Assembly (NCBI GenBank): GCA_016210985.1
Contig: JACQTD010000111.1
Coordinates: 1 to 45,452, forward strand
DNA length: 45,452 nt
Source: Acidobacteriota bacterium
GTDB lineage: Bacteria > Acidobacteriota > Blastocatellia > HR10 > JACQTD01
Reading direction: 5' to 3'
The position numbers were made by a program, and so were the translations under genes. The notes beneath the pieces are model-generated. The model searched no databases and had not been told where the DNA came from. It saw only the letters and a list, made by a program, of their open reading frames with translations. Each line of letters begins with the position of its first letter. Within the stretch, counting starts at the first letter, position 1. Below, one piece after another: positions 1 to 7,836 of this stretch.

Positions 1-1
1 C

Positions 2-277
2 CTCGATGTTGGCGAGATCAAGTCGCTCCTGCAGCGCGTGGCGAAGTCGATCCACCAGCAGCCCAATCGCGTCAAATACGTGATGAACGGTTTCGTCATC
101 GCCGTCGCCTGCTTCGTCAAACCGCTCCACAAGCTCGCGGTCGATACGGCGAACGGCATCGGCAAGGTCGCAGTCGACCTGGTCGGGGCGTGCAAGATTC
201 CGTTCGCGCCCGATCATATCAAGAAATTCGAGGTCCGCAGCGCGATCGGCAAGAAGCGCAAGTCGCCGAAGTGTTGA
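2..277 (+). CDS. C-terminal end of a protein entering from upstream of the window; function not recognised
   Basis: Frame 2 is open from base 2 to the TGA at 275-277 (LDVGEIKSLLQRVAKSIHQQ...GKKRKSPKC*). The ORF track shows only the part after an internal Met (38..277). I can name no family motif. Confidence 0.4.
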   Translation, partial: LDVGEIKSLLQRVAKSIHQQPNRVKYVMNGFVIAVACFVKPLHKLAVDTANGIGKVAVDLVGACKIPFAPDHIKKFEVRSAIGKKRKSPKC

Positions 278-297
278 TCGGACGGAGTGCGTGCAAT

Positions 298-834
298 ATG
301 TCGGAACCTGATTTGGCACGTCGCAGCTTTCTGCGATCGATCAGTACAGTGGGCGTTGGCACATTCCTGGCTGCCAAAACCAGTGCCTCTCAGACAACCA
401 AGCCGGCGCAGCCTGTTGAAGGCGTGTTTGAACTCGGCAAAGTTGCGCTGCGCTCGGGCACGATCCTCAGCAGCGCGAAACTTGCATTCAAAACTCACGG
501 TCAGCTCAACGCCGAGCGGAACAACGCCATTCTCTACCCAACGCCGTTCGGTGCGAATCATGGTGACATCGAGTGGCTCATCGGGTCCGGTCGGGCGCTG
601 GATCCGAAAAAGTACTTCATCATTGTCTCCGACCAACTCGGGAACGGTTTGTCATCGTCGCCCAGCAACACGGCACGACCTTACGATCGCATGCGGTTTC
701 CGAATGCATGGCAGGACATGGTGACGCTTCGCGTAATCAGTGGCGCGGCGCTATCATTTCTGTTGGACTCGGTGCCAGTGACTCCAAGTTTTCGGACACT
801 TGGGCAGCCTTTTAGCTTCTTCATGGTGTATTGA
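298..834 (+). pseudogene. Truncated Tat-signal alpha/beta hydrolase (MetX/homoserine O-acetyltransferase-like N-terminal third only)
   Basis: The ATG at 298 is followed by a twin-arginine signal (DLARRSFLRSISTVGVGTFLAA). ILYPTPFGANHGDIEWLIGSGRALDPKKYFIIVSDQLGNGLSSSPSN...RFPN resembles the N-terminal part of MetX-like hydrolases. The ORF ends after 178 aa, before any GxSxG nucleophile elbow, and its tail looks non-homologous. Confidence 0.5.
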
Positions 835-911
835 GGCGGTCGAACAGAGGTAGTGAGCTGCTGTCGGTGAGGTAAGCGAGGCGGTAGAGCGTTTCGCCCG
901 TGCAGCGGGGG

Positions 912-1526
912 TCATGCCGCGCCCCGTTCGGGTCCCCCACGCGCCGCTTCCCGAAACAGCCAGGCCGATCCGACGAAAAGCGCGACGAAGAACCCGTTCA
1001 GTGCCCCGATCTCTAGCGGCCCGCTCCCGGGGGAACCCAACCCGGCGATCAGCGCGACCACAGCAACCAACGCCTGAGCGAGCGCCGTCGCGAACAACGC
1101 GCGGGCCATCCCACGGGATTGGAAGCGCGCGATGATGGCACCGATGACTCCGACGGCGAGCACCCCGCCATACATCAAGTTGGCGTCGTTGTCCTCAGAC
1201 CCGATGATGCCAACGGCACCATTCAACCAGACGAGGAGGAACGCTGCCGCGAGCGCGACGCCGACGGCGGCTCGGTACGCGGTGCCGCCTGTCTTCCTCA
1301 CTGCTAGCTCATAGGGGACACCAACGCCGAACAGGAGCACGGCGGCGAAAGCGAAATCGGCCACATCCCAGACCACTTCATCGGTGAACTGCATCGCAAC
1401 CAAGGGCAGCAGCAAGATGAGCGCTGCGACAGCCCAGGCCGCTATCCTCCAACGGCTCCAGCGCTTTCCGACACCGTTCGCCGGGTTTCCTGTCACTGTC
1501 TTTCCCCCGTGCATGTCCGTGTTCAT
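912..1526 (-). CDS. Polytopic membrane protein, unknown function
   Basis: An internal Met (MNTDMHGG...) at 1526 is followed by several long hydrophobic Ala/Gly/Val/Leu-rich segments. There is no recognisable family. The 5' extension to 1655 in the ORF track looks like GC-rich read-through. Confidence 0.5.
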   Translation of the reverse strand: MNTDMHGGKTVTGNPANGVGKRWSRWRIAAWAVAALILLLPLVAMQFTDEVVWDVADFAFAAVLLFGVGVPYELAVRKTGGTAYRAAVGVALAAAFLLVWLNGAVGIIGSEDNDANLMYGGVLAVGVIGAIIARFQSRGMARALFATALAQALVAVVALIAGLGSPGSGPLEIGALNGFFVALFVGSAWLFREAARGGPERGAA

Positions 1527-2026
1527 CGTTCTTTCAAGGTCGATGGAGAGGAATAGCGCTGCAATGTACTTTATGTCGCAAAGTTCAGCAAGCGCCGGAA
1601 CAGCATAGCGAACGGCCGGAGGGGCCGAAGCGGTTGGGCGCGGCTCATGGCGCACCGGACCTTATCCCAGCCCTCGCGCTCGCCCACCGCTCCCTACGTG
1701 AAAGCGCGGTAAACGCGTCTGATCAGCGACAATTATTTCTTTCGGGCGTAGTGCCTCATCTCAGATTCAAACTATTCCAGGGTCGTTGCCTCATGAGGAA
1801 TCGTACCACCGAGCCTTGAGTTCGAATCCTCCTCATCATCTCGTCTCCGGATCTCGGGGCCGAGTGCTGGTCATCTTTTTTCGCCGGCACCTAGCCATCG
1901 CTCGTCAGAGACCTTCGCTCGGAAGAGGACTATTGGGTTGCTGCTCTCCGGCGGAGGCCTGCTCACGCGTCGGTGCTGCAGGTTATGGAGGTCGACGCCG
2001 CACGCAGCTCCCGGTGCCACCGTCGA

Positions 2027-2290
2027 TTAGCTCGACTGAGCCAGCGCCACCGCGTCGGCACCTGCTGGAAATCGGAGCTGCCCAGACGCATCGTTCGCGG
2101 TACGCCACACCACCTCGGCCACGTCGGACTCGGTCGTCACCGCAGCCGCACTCTGCACAAGTAAAGCGAAGATGCGCTGAGCGAAAGGCGCGTACGCCTC
2201 GGGAATCAGCCCTTCCAGGCGCGGTCCCGTGTTGCTCGTAAAGCGCGTCGTCGGGCCGTAGCCCGGCTCCACCCGCTTCACGCGCATGTG
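2027..2290 (-). pseudogene. C-terminal remnant (about 85 aa) of a short-chain dehydrogenase/reductase
   Basis: RVKRVEPGYGPTTRFTSN...ESDVAEVVWRTANDASGQLRFPAG matches the C-terminal tail of classical SDRs. The Rossmann N-terminus (TGxxxGIG) and the catalytic YxxxK are absent. A full-length gene would have to overlap the AraC gene that starts at 2299. Confidence 0.55.
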
Positions 2291-2298
2291 ATCGTGCA

Positions 2299-2958
2299 GT
2301 GAACGACCCACTCTCGGAAGTCATCGCGCTGCTTCAGCCCCGCGCCGTGTTCTCGAGACGCATCAGCGGCGCCGGTCGCTGGGGCGTCGCCTATTCGGCC
2401 TTCGGCCACCCAAGCTTCTGCGCCGTGCTCGAAGGGCGCTGTCGTCTCGCCGTGGACGGCCAGCGTGCCCTCATGCTCGAGGCTGGCGACTTCGTACTCC
2501 TGCCTGCGACACCGGGCTTTACCATGTCTGGCTTCGAAACGGTGAGGCCCGCGCGATTCGACCCGAAGGTGACGTCCGCCACGGCACGCGCACTGGACAC
2601 CCCGACGTACGGCTGCTCGGCGGCTGGTTCGTCTTCGACTCGCCCGATGCGGCAGATGCATGGCCAGCTCTCGCGTTCGTGGACGGTGGCCCATCTCGCG
2701 AAGACGGCCGCGCTTTCACGCTCCGCGTTCTTCGAGCGCTTCACGCACACCGTGGGCCTGCCGCCGATGGAATACCTGCTCGCATGGTGCATGGCCGTCG
2801 CGAAGGATCTGCTCCGCCGCAACGACTTCAGGCTCGACGAGGTCGCCGAACGCGTCGGCTACAGCTCGGCGAGTACCTTCAGCACCGCCTTCAGCCGGCA
2901 CGTGGGCCAGCCTCCGAGTCGCTACTCGCGCGAGCGCCGCACATCGCGTCGGACGTGA
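2299..2958 (+). pseudogene. AraC-family regulator (cupin N-terminus + HTH C-terminus) with scrambled middle
   Basis: The N-terminus (NDPLSEVIALLQPRAVF...LEAGDFVLLPA) and C-terminus (WTVAHLAKTAALSRSAFFERFTHTVGLPPMEYLLAWCMAVAKDLL...STFSTAFSRHVGQPPSRY) are typical AraC. The conserved central block EGDVRHG...HPDVRLLGGWFVFDSPDAA is readable only in the -1 frame at about 2565-2651. About 60-70 aa expected before the RQMH motif are missing. Confidence 0.6.
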
Positions 2959-2978
2959 CGCTGAGGCATGCCCCAGAT

Positions 2979-3395
2979 CTATGACTGCCCCAGCTCCCAT
3001 CTCAGGTCGAACCCGAAGACTGGCGGCTGAGACTTTCCGTCACCTGGCACGCTAAACCAGGAAATAGACACCGCGTCGACATGGCGGGCGCTCGTCTTGA
3101 CGGGCACGCCGCTAAGTTGTTGATCGAAATGCCATGTCCCTCGACCGCAGGTACTGCAATGCGCCCGCTGATTGGTGGCCGTGAGGGACGCCGTCGTCAA
3201 GACCGGTCTGACCAAGCGTGCCGCCCGCCATACTTCCCGGCATTCATCCGAGGCGAACCTGGAAGGGATCTGTTGGGATATCAAGGGGCCAGCGCCGGCG
3301 CCAATTTGAAAGCTCGCCGCTCGGCGAAAACAAGTCCAGGTGGTATGGGTCGGTGGTGAGAAATGCGGGCCAAGCTTGCTCATTCCCAGTTTCAC
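2979..3395 (-). CDS. GFA/CENP-V-like small protein, possibly degenerate
   Basis: The C-terminal half (AHCSTCGRG...ARHVDAVSISWFSVPGDGKSQ) resembles the GFA-family pattern (CxxCG ... H-I/V ... W ... DGLPQ). The N-terminal CxCG and HCxxC zinc ligands appear substituted (TCFRRAASFQIG, SDECREVW). This is a weak call. Confidence 0.3.
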   Translation of the reverse strand: MKLGMSKLGPHFSPPTHTTWTCFRRAASFQIGAGAGPLISQQIPSRFASDECREVWRAARLVRPVLTTASLTATNQRAHCSTCGRGTWHFDQQLSGVPVKTSARHVDAVSISWFSVPGDGKSQPPVFGFDLRWELGQS

Positions 3396-3700
3396 CTTGC
3401 CAAAACTCCTCCCGCAGCGTCAACAATTCGAAGCCTGGCGTGCTGGCACAAGAATGCCTGCCTGCCCGAGAACCAGGAATTGAAGATTCAGCCGCGGACA
3501 CCATATCGGGACCGCATGCATCTTGCATGGGGCGAGGGTCCTTACTCCCGATCGATTCCCACCGGCCCGCTGCCAGGTTGACGTGATCTTGCACTCGCGG
3601 TACCAGTCAACATCTCGCCGGATTCAGGGATGCAGTAAGGCTAAACGGCTATGCTACGAGGCGTCATTCACCTCTTGTCAGCGTCCAGCCCAAAGCCATA

Positions 3701-3877
3701 TCACGGCTGGACACAGGATACGCGCAGGCAGACGTTGCTCGCACCTGCCTGCACCCCTGGCTGTCCATCCGGCGTTGTGCAGTTACAGATGATTTGCGGA
3801 GCTGGGGGACATTGTTGCTGAAATGACACCGAGAACAAGAGAAGGAGCACGGGAAATACCAAGATCTTCACCTTCAT
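3701..3877 (-). CDS. Small exported cysteine-rich peptide (58 aa)
   Basis: The ATG at 3877 is preceded by GGAGG 5 nt upstream (3883-3887 on the complement). MKVKILVFPVLLLLFSVSF is a classic signal peptide. The roughly 38-aa mature part carries 5 Cys (QQCPPAPQIICNCTTPDGQPGVQAGASNVCLRVSCVQP). It sits in a lower-GC patch. Confidence 0.4.
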   Translation of the reverse strand: MKVKILVFPVLLLLFSVSFQQQCPPAPQIICNCTTPDGQPGVQAGASNVCLRVSCVQP

Positions 3878-4125
3878 TATTTCCTCCTTTTTGCACTGCC
3901 CTGTCACTACGAATTCTTACTTGGCTACGATGGAGCAGCTCGTGATGCTGCCAACAGTTGACAAGCCGCTTCACCACAGAGTGTTGCAAGAACCGTGCCA
4001 AGAGGAAGGACTCCACAGGGTCTAAGACTTTCCACTACTTCACAATAACTATGGACCTTGAGTCTGCAGGACGGGACAAAAATCGTGGAATTTTTTCCTG
4101 CTACCTAAGCCAACAACGACGATCG

Positions 4126-4180
4126 TGGGTACACCCGAGGCGATTCGAAACCGCCTTGGGCGGAACCTTTTGCTCCGGAG
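4126..4180. repeat. Degenerate third copy of the tRNA-Arg 3'-half / att repeat (integration scar or pseudo-tRNA piece)
   Basis: TGGGTACACCCGAGGCGATTCGAA has 2 mismatches in 24 against the att repeat. A roughly 9-nt insertion follows, then ACCTTTTGCTCCGGAG with 1 mismatch in 16. Weak tRNA-like similarity (GTAGCT) may extend to about 4224 on the complement, but no cloverleaf folds. Confidence 0.6.
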
Positions 4181-4331
4181 TCGAAGTCGGGGGAGCAATG
4201 GGCCCAATCCGGTACAGCTACCCAAAATGAAACCAGGTCAACAGCAGTTCGTGGAGTGTACGAGAGTTTTGGGTTTGTCTTTTTGGAAAAGGTCTCTAAG
4301 AGTGGCGAGAAGGAAAGCAGGGGCTGGCTGG

Positions 4332-4378
4332 ATTGGTACGCCCGAGGCGATTCGAACGCCTGACCTTTGGCTCCGGAG
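4332..4378. repeat. Distal att direct repeat (47 bp, identical to 12444-12490)
   Basis: ATTGGTACGCCCGAGGCGATTCGAACGCCTGACCTTTGGCTCCGGAG matches 12444-12490 base for base. The flanking bases differ on both sides. Confidence 0.9.
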
Positions 4379-4560
4379 AACCGTCAAGCCAGCGGAAGCC
4401 AAAGGAACCGGGATGCAGGCAGCAGCAGCCTGAAACGGGCCTAAGCCGCCGAAATCACATGTACTTGGCGGGGCTGATTCGGTATCCGATAAGCCTGCAG
4501 TGTTTTGGAGTGAAAATCGTCTTCCGTGCAGGAAAGTGGCCCAAAAATGGACCAAGTATG

Positions 4561-5070
4561 CTACGGGGTCAGGATGCCAAGAATCTTGTAAGTTTCAGAC
4601 TCAGACTTTTTGCCATCGATGCTCACGGGCCAAAATAACTTGGCCTTGTCACCCTTAAACTCTGCCTGTATCTCATTCACTAACGGCATCCGGCAGCTTC
4701 GACGATTGATGAAGTCCCCTCTGGGTGCGTATTTGCTCTCGCAATTCACGATTACGAGACGTCCATCTGGCAGTCTGAGCGTAAACGTGGCACCACGGAC
4801 GTCGTACGATACCTGTACGGGAGGCATTGCTGAGCCGGTTGTCGTAGATGTGGCGGTGCCGGTTGCCGGATTCCCCGTGCCAAAAACACTCGCACTCGAC
4901 GTCGAGCGCAATAACAGATGTCCCGGCACGACGTACGAATAATTCTGGTCGCTAGTCTGCCGATCAACAATTACTACGTTCAGTTTCTGTGCCTCGGTGA
5001 CGGTTGCGATCCCAAAGAGGCAGAACACTAGGCCAAACGATGCGATTCTCATTGGTACATGCAGAAACAT
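4561..5070 (-). CDS. Exported protein A of element cargo operon (169 aa), no recognisable family
   Basis: The ATG at 5070 has GGAGG on the complement at 5076-5080. The signal peptide is MFLHVPMRIASFGLVFCLFGIATVTEAQ. The mature part has a Thr/Ser/Gly-rich linker followed by a Cys-containing domain. Confidence 0.6.
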   Translation of the reverse strand: MFLHVPMRIASFGLVFCLFGIATVTEAQKLNVVIVDRQTSDQNYSYVVPGHLLLRSTSSASVFGTGNPATGTATSTTTGSAMPPVQVSYDVRGATFTLRLPDGRLVIVNCESKYAPRGDFINRRSCRMPLVNEIQAEFKGDKAKLFWPVSIDGKKSESETYKILGILTP

Positions 5071-5107
5071 ACAAGCCTCCTTAGTGGACTGCCGTCGATG
5101 TTTCGCG

Positions 5108-5767
5108 TTATTCTGCTTCGGCCTTCTCCCATTTCGCAACGAACTCTGCCAGTACCTCATAAACCATCGATTTGATGTTATCAGTTGTTTCTTGTAGAGA
5201 GTAATTCACCAGTAATGTGGTCTTCCCTGCTAGGTTGAGAGTGCCCGGAACGGGTTTGACGATTTGGCCAGTTCGAAAACGAGCCGTCATGTAAGTGTAC
5301 AGCTCTACAGAAATAGACTGCGCCCCTGACGAAGAACGCGACGTTCCACTAATATGCAGGACAAGAGCCGCCTCGGGCTCGATCGCAAAACGATCAGGGA
5401 AATGGTCGCGGATTACCTGCGCGGCGGCATATTGTAATCCCGATGAGGAATCAAAATTCTCAATCAATACCTTTGTCGAAAAACGGTTTGGTGTGCCTGA
5501 GAGTCCAGTCACCATCAATGACCGCGCAAGCCCCCAAGCACTGTCTGCCCCTAGCTTAGCGGCTTCCTCCATCAGCCCGGCGCATGGATCCTTTTTCGCA
5601 CTGTCGGGAATTCTTTTCGGGCGGCCCGTTTGCGCATTTCCAGGTTGTGCAGATCCTAATGCAGCCGTAAGTACACTTGATTGCTGTGCCTCGGTGACGG
5701 TAACCGTCCCGAAAAAGCAGAGGGCGAGGCTAAGCCACATGATACTCATTCGTACTTTCAAAAACAT
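5108..5767 (-). CDS. Exported protein B of element cargo operon (219 aa), no recognisable family
   Basis: The ATG at 5767 has GAGG upstream. The signal peptide MFLKVRMSIMWLSLALCFFGTVTVTEAQ is near-identical to that of protein A. An identical 18-nt stretch (5684-5701 = 4987-5004) encodes TVTEAQ. Confidence 0.6.
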   Translation of the reverse strand: MFLKVRMSIMWLSLALCFFGTVTVTEAQQSSVLTAALGSAQPGNAQTGRPKRIPDSAKKDPCAGLMEEAAKLGADSAWGLARSLMVTGLSGTPNRFSTKVLIENFDSSSGLQYAAAQVIRDHFPDRFAIEPEAALVLHISGTSRSSSGAQSISVELYTYMTARFRTGQIVKPVPGTLNLAGKTTLLVNYSLQETTDNIKSMVYEVLAEFVAKWEKAEAE

Positions 5768-5838
5768 ATGGGCCTCATGGGTGTATTGAGTCGAGAAGAT
5801 CAACAATGCTGGCGAACTTCCTCGTGACACCGGACACT

Positions 5839-6228
5839 CTATGGCCGTGGTTCGTAGGGGGTCTCGTCGAAATCCTCTAGTCCCTCAAATAGTTCCACGT
5901 ATGCAACGTCCCCAACACATTGAATATACTTGGCACTGATGACGTCACGGAACCACTCTGCTCGGTGACCAAATCCCTGGGCGACGAAATCTTGTTGTCC
6001 ACACATGACAACATATTCGCGTCGGGTAATTCGGTCGCGCAAGAAAACCAGGGTCGCATTTCGGGGGAGTAGTTCTTGACGATACTGCTCTTCGACAAAA
6101 TCATTGAACCGCTCCTGAGGTAGTACCTCCCACCGAGCCTTGAAGGGAACTAACCTTGGTACTAAGACCACCAGCACGAGCGTTCCAACTATTACGATTA
6201 GCAGCAAACGATACCCCCGCCACGTCAC
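5839..6228 (-). CDS. N-terminally membrane-anchored protein C, first gene of the cargo operon (129 aa)
   Basis: The GTG at 6228 has GAGGGAG 5-6 nt upstream. One TM helix (YRLLLIVIVGTLVLVVLVP) is followed by a roughly 95-aa soluble domain. No family is recognised. Confidence 0.5.
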   Translation of the reverse strand: MTWRGYRLLLIVIVGTLVLVVLVPRLVPFKARWEVLPQERFNDFVEEQYRQELLPRNATLVFLRDRITRREYVVMCGQQDFVAQGFGHRAEWFRDVISAKYIQCVGDVAYVELFEGLEDFDETPYEPRP

Positions 6229-6554
6229 CGTACTCCCTCGCTAGGTCACATAGGTTTAGGACTATACCCTGCTTACACGCGCTATAAGACATCAGTCAGA
6301 GGAGCTTCACGAATAAGTCTTTTCCCCAAATCTCTCGCTGAACTTCGAGTTGGGAAAGCCGTCGAGAGATTCTGAAAAACACTCGTTGAAGCAGACTGCT
6401 GACTTGGACATTCTAACGCCGCATCGTTCGCCGTACAATCCTCTGGTTCGCGTAGAGTCGGTTAGGCCAACCGGATCGAAGGCGCTTTCATCTACCCGTC
6501 GGCGCCGCCGCGACCCAATCTTCCAGACGGGACGAGCCTTGACGGGAGGCGTGT

Positions 6555-7433
6555 ATGACCAGCAAAAAAGGGAAATCTATTAGCTTCGACCTACCCCACG
6601 ATCCAACCGGGTCCGTTATTATGAGGATCTCGGTGAACCCGCAAGGGCTGGTTGACTCGATAGCCCACTTTATCTCGGACCTGGCGCCCACTAGAGCCTC
6701 GGAATCGAAGAGTCGCAACGCCTCCGCTTTTCGCGAGTCTCTGAAGAAGCGTTCACTTCCATCCGGGGACAAGTGGCCTGTGCCACCAGATGCCGTTGCA
6801 GCATCAATGATACAGTTGCTTCCGGTGGTTATGTCGCGGGCATTCGGGATAGCCCGAGACCTCGCCATTACCGGGATTATCGAGAAGAGTGAACCTTGCA
6901 AGCTCTGGCAAGATCCCAACCAACTGCAGAAACTCTGTCGTACCGGAGCCACACTCATGCTAAGGAGCTTCGGGCTGGTGCCCATTAAGTTGACACATGA
7001 GCAGATTCAGAGATGTCTGGAGGATGCCCTAAAGCAGTTACGGTACATCCAGGGTGAGCGTATGCGCGGAGAACGAATCCATACGGAACGATCTGCCAAT
7101 ACAAAAGAGAAGATTGGGGATTCGAGACGAGGCAAGAAACATTCGCCGGAAACGAAATCCAAGCTGAAACTGAAACGTCGGATTCAGCCACCGCCGAGTG
7201 AAGCGACCAAGGTCAAGATTGCAGTAAGCCAAAGAGGCAACCAGAACCGATTCGGTCGAGGAAAGCGACGGAACTTATTCGACGAGTTATCGCAATATAA
7301 CGATCCTGAGGCAAAGCGTTTCGCGTTAGAGCACGAAAATGAGCTCCGAGCCTGGCCATCAGGTGGATCAGGAAGTGGCCCCCAAAACGTCCCGTTCGAT
7401 GAAAACCGCCACGGCAAAGATCCTGAAGACTGA
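6555..7433 (+). CDS. NUMOD3-repeat DNA-binding protein with unrecognised N-terminal domain; no nuclease motif seen
   Basis: The ATG at 6555 has GGAGG 5 nt upstream. Three NUMOD3-like units are present (HTERSANTKEKIGDSRRG, KKHSPETKSKLKLKR, PPSEATKVKIAVSQRGNQN). I found no GIY-YIG, HNH or LAGLIDADG signature in the first roughly 180 aa. Confidence 0.6.
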   Translation: MTSKKGKSISFDLPHDPTGSVIMRISVNPQGLVDSIAHFISDLAPTRASESKSRNASAFRESLKKRSLPSGDKWPVPPDAVAASMIQLLPVVMSRAFGIARDLAITGIIEKSEPCKLWQDPNQLQKLCRTGATLMLRSFGLVPIKLTHEQIQRCLEDALKQLRYIQGERMRGERIHTERSANTKEKIGDSRRGKKHSPETKSKLKLKRRIQPPPSEATKVKIAVSQRGNQNRFGRGKRRNLFDELSQYNDPEAKRFALEHENELRAWPSGGSGSGPQNVPFDENRHGKDPED

Positions 7434-7617
7434 GAACTAACGGACAAGTATGCTTTTCCGTTTGATCTGACTCTGTTGGGTGATCTCATCAGCCCCGCCA
7501 GTTCTGTACCCTGCAACTCCGTCTCACCTGCGGCCCACTGCTCTCCCCTGATCAGGCAGTTAGTTAAATCCCGATCCCTTTGACTAACCGACTGTTTTCT
7601 ATATGAGGTGACAGTGC

Positions 7618-7836
7618 ATGCAAACTTCGAACACTGATGGCAAAGTCTTCATTTCGGTCAAAGAGGCGGCGGGGCGCATGAGCGTGAGTGAGCGCAGTGT
7701 GAGAGAAGCCTTGCGGTCCGGTCGTCTGAAGGCAGGGCGATTCGGTCGCCGAGTCCTTCTTCGTTGGCGAGATGTCGAGGAGCTGATTGAGGGCCCCGAG
7801 GGCGACACCAATGAGGACCGCAGCGATGCAGCATAG
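7618..7836 (+). CDS. xis: Excisionase / AlpA-like helix-turn-helix DNA-binding protein
   Basis: VSVKEAAGRMSVSERSVREALRSGRLKAGRFGRRVLLRWRDVEELI fits the excisionase-family HTH pattern. GAGGTG lies 7 nt upstream of the ATG. Its stop overlaps the primase start. Confidence 0.7.
   Translation: MQTSNTDGKVFISVKEAAGRMSVSERSVREALRSGRLKAGRFGRRVLLRWRDVEELIEGPEGDTNEDRSDAA

Noticed and set aside
214-636. Long antisense or overlapping ORFs throughout the window. Examples are 214..636(-), 16101..16664(-), 21602..22099(-), 26515..27087(-), 36772..37272(-), 39753..40622(+) and 7564..8242(-).
   Set aside because: They lie opposite or out of frame to genes with clear family motifs. They have Arg/Pro/Gly/Ala-rich low-complexity translations typical of shadow ORFs in GC-rich DNA, and they lack RBS or motif support.
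880-887. A second GGCGGTAG (ops core) occurrence.
   Set aside because: It lies between convergent, unrelated or eroded genes with no operon downstream. I take it as the chance occurrence expected for an 8-mer in about 91 kb of two-strand sequence, and I use it as a caveat for the 15933 hit.
3674-3703. Inverted repeat GTCCAGCC...GGCTGGAC at the 3' end of the small peptide gene, considered as a terminator.
   Set aside because: The stem includes the last codons and the stop. The loop is 14 nt and there is no U-tract on the transcribed strand. It is too weak to call.
4126-4224. Interpretation of the att-like segment as a functional long-arm tRNA (Sec/Leu/Ser-like, about 99 nt).
   Set aside because: Only a 6-bp terminal stem can be drawn. 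The D and anticodon stems do not pair, the T-loop carries an insertion and there is no discriminator base. It fits a decayed copy of the tRNA-Arg 3' half better.
7580-7607. TTGACT upstream of xis considered as a -35 box.
   Set aside because: No acceptable -10 hexamer sits at 16-18 nt spacing; the best candidates are TATATG at 14 nt and TATGAG at 16 nt. It is not reported as a promoter.
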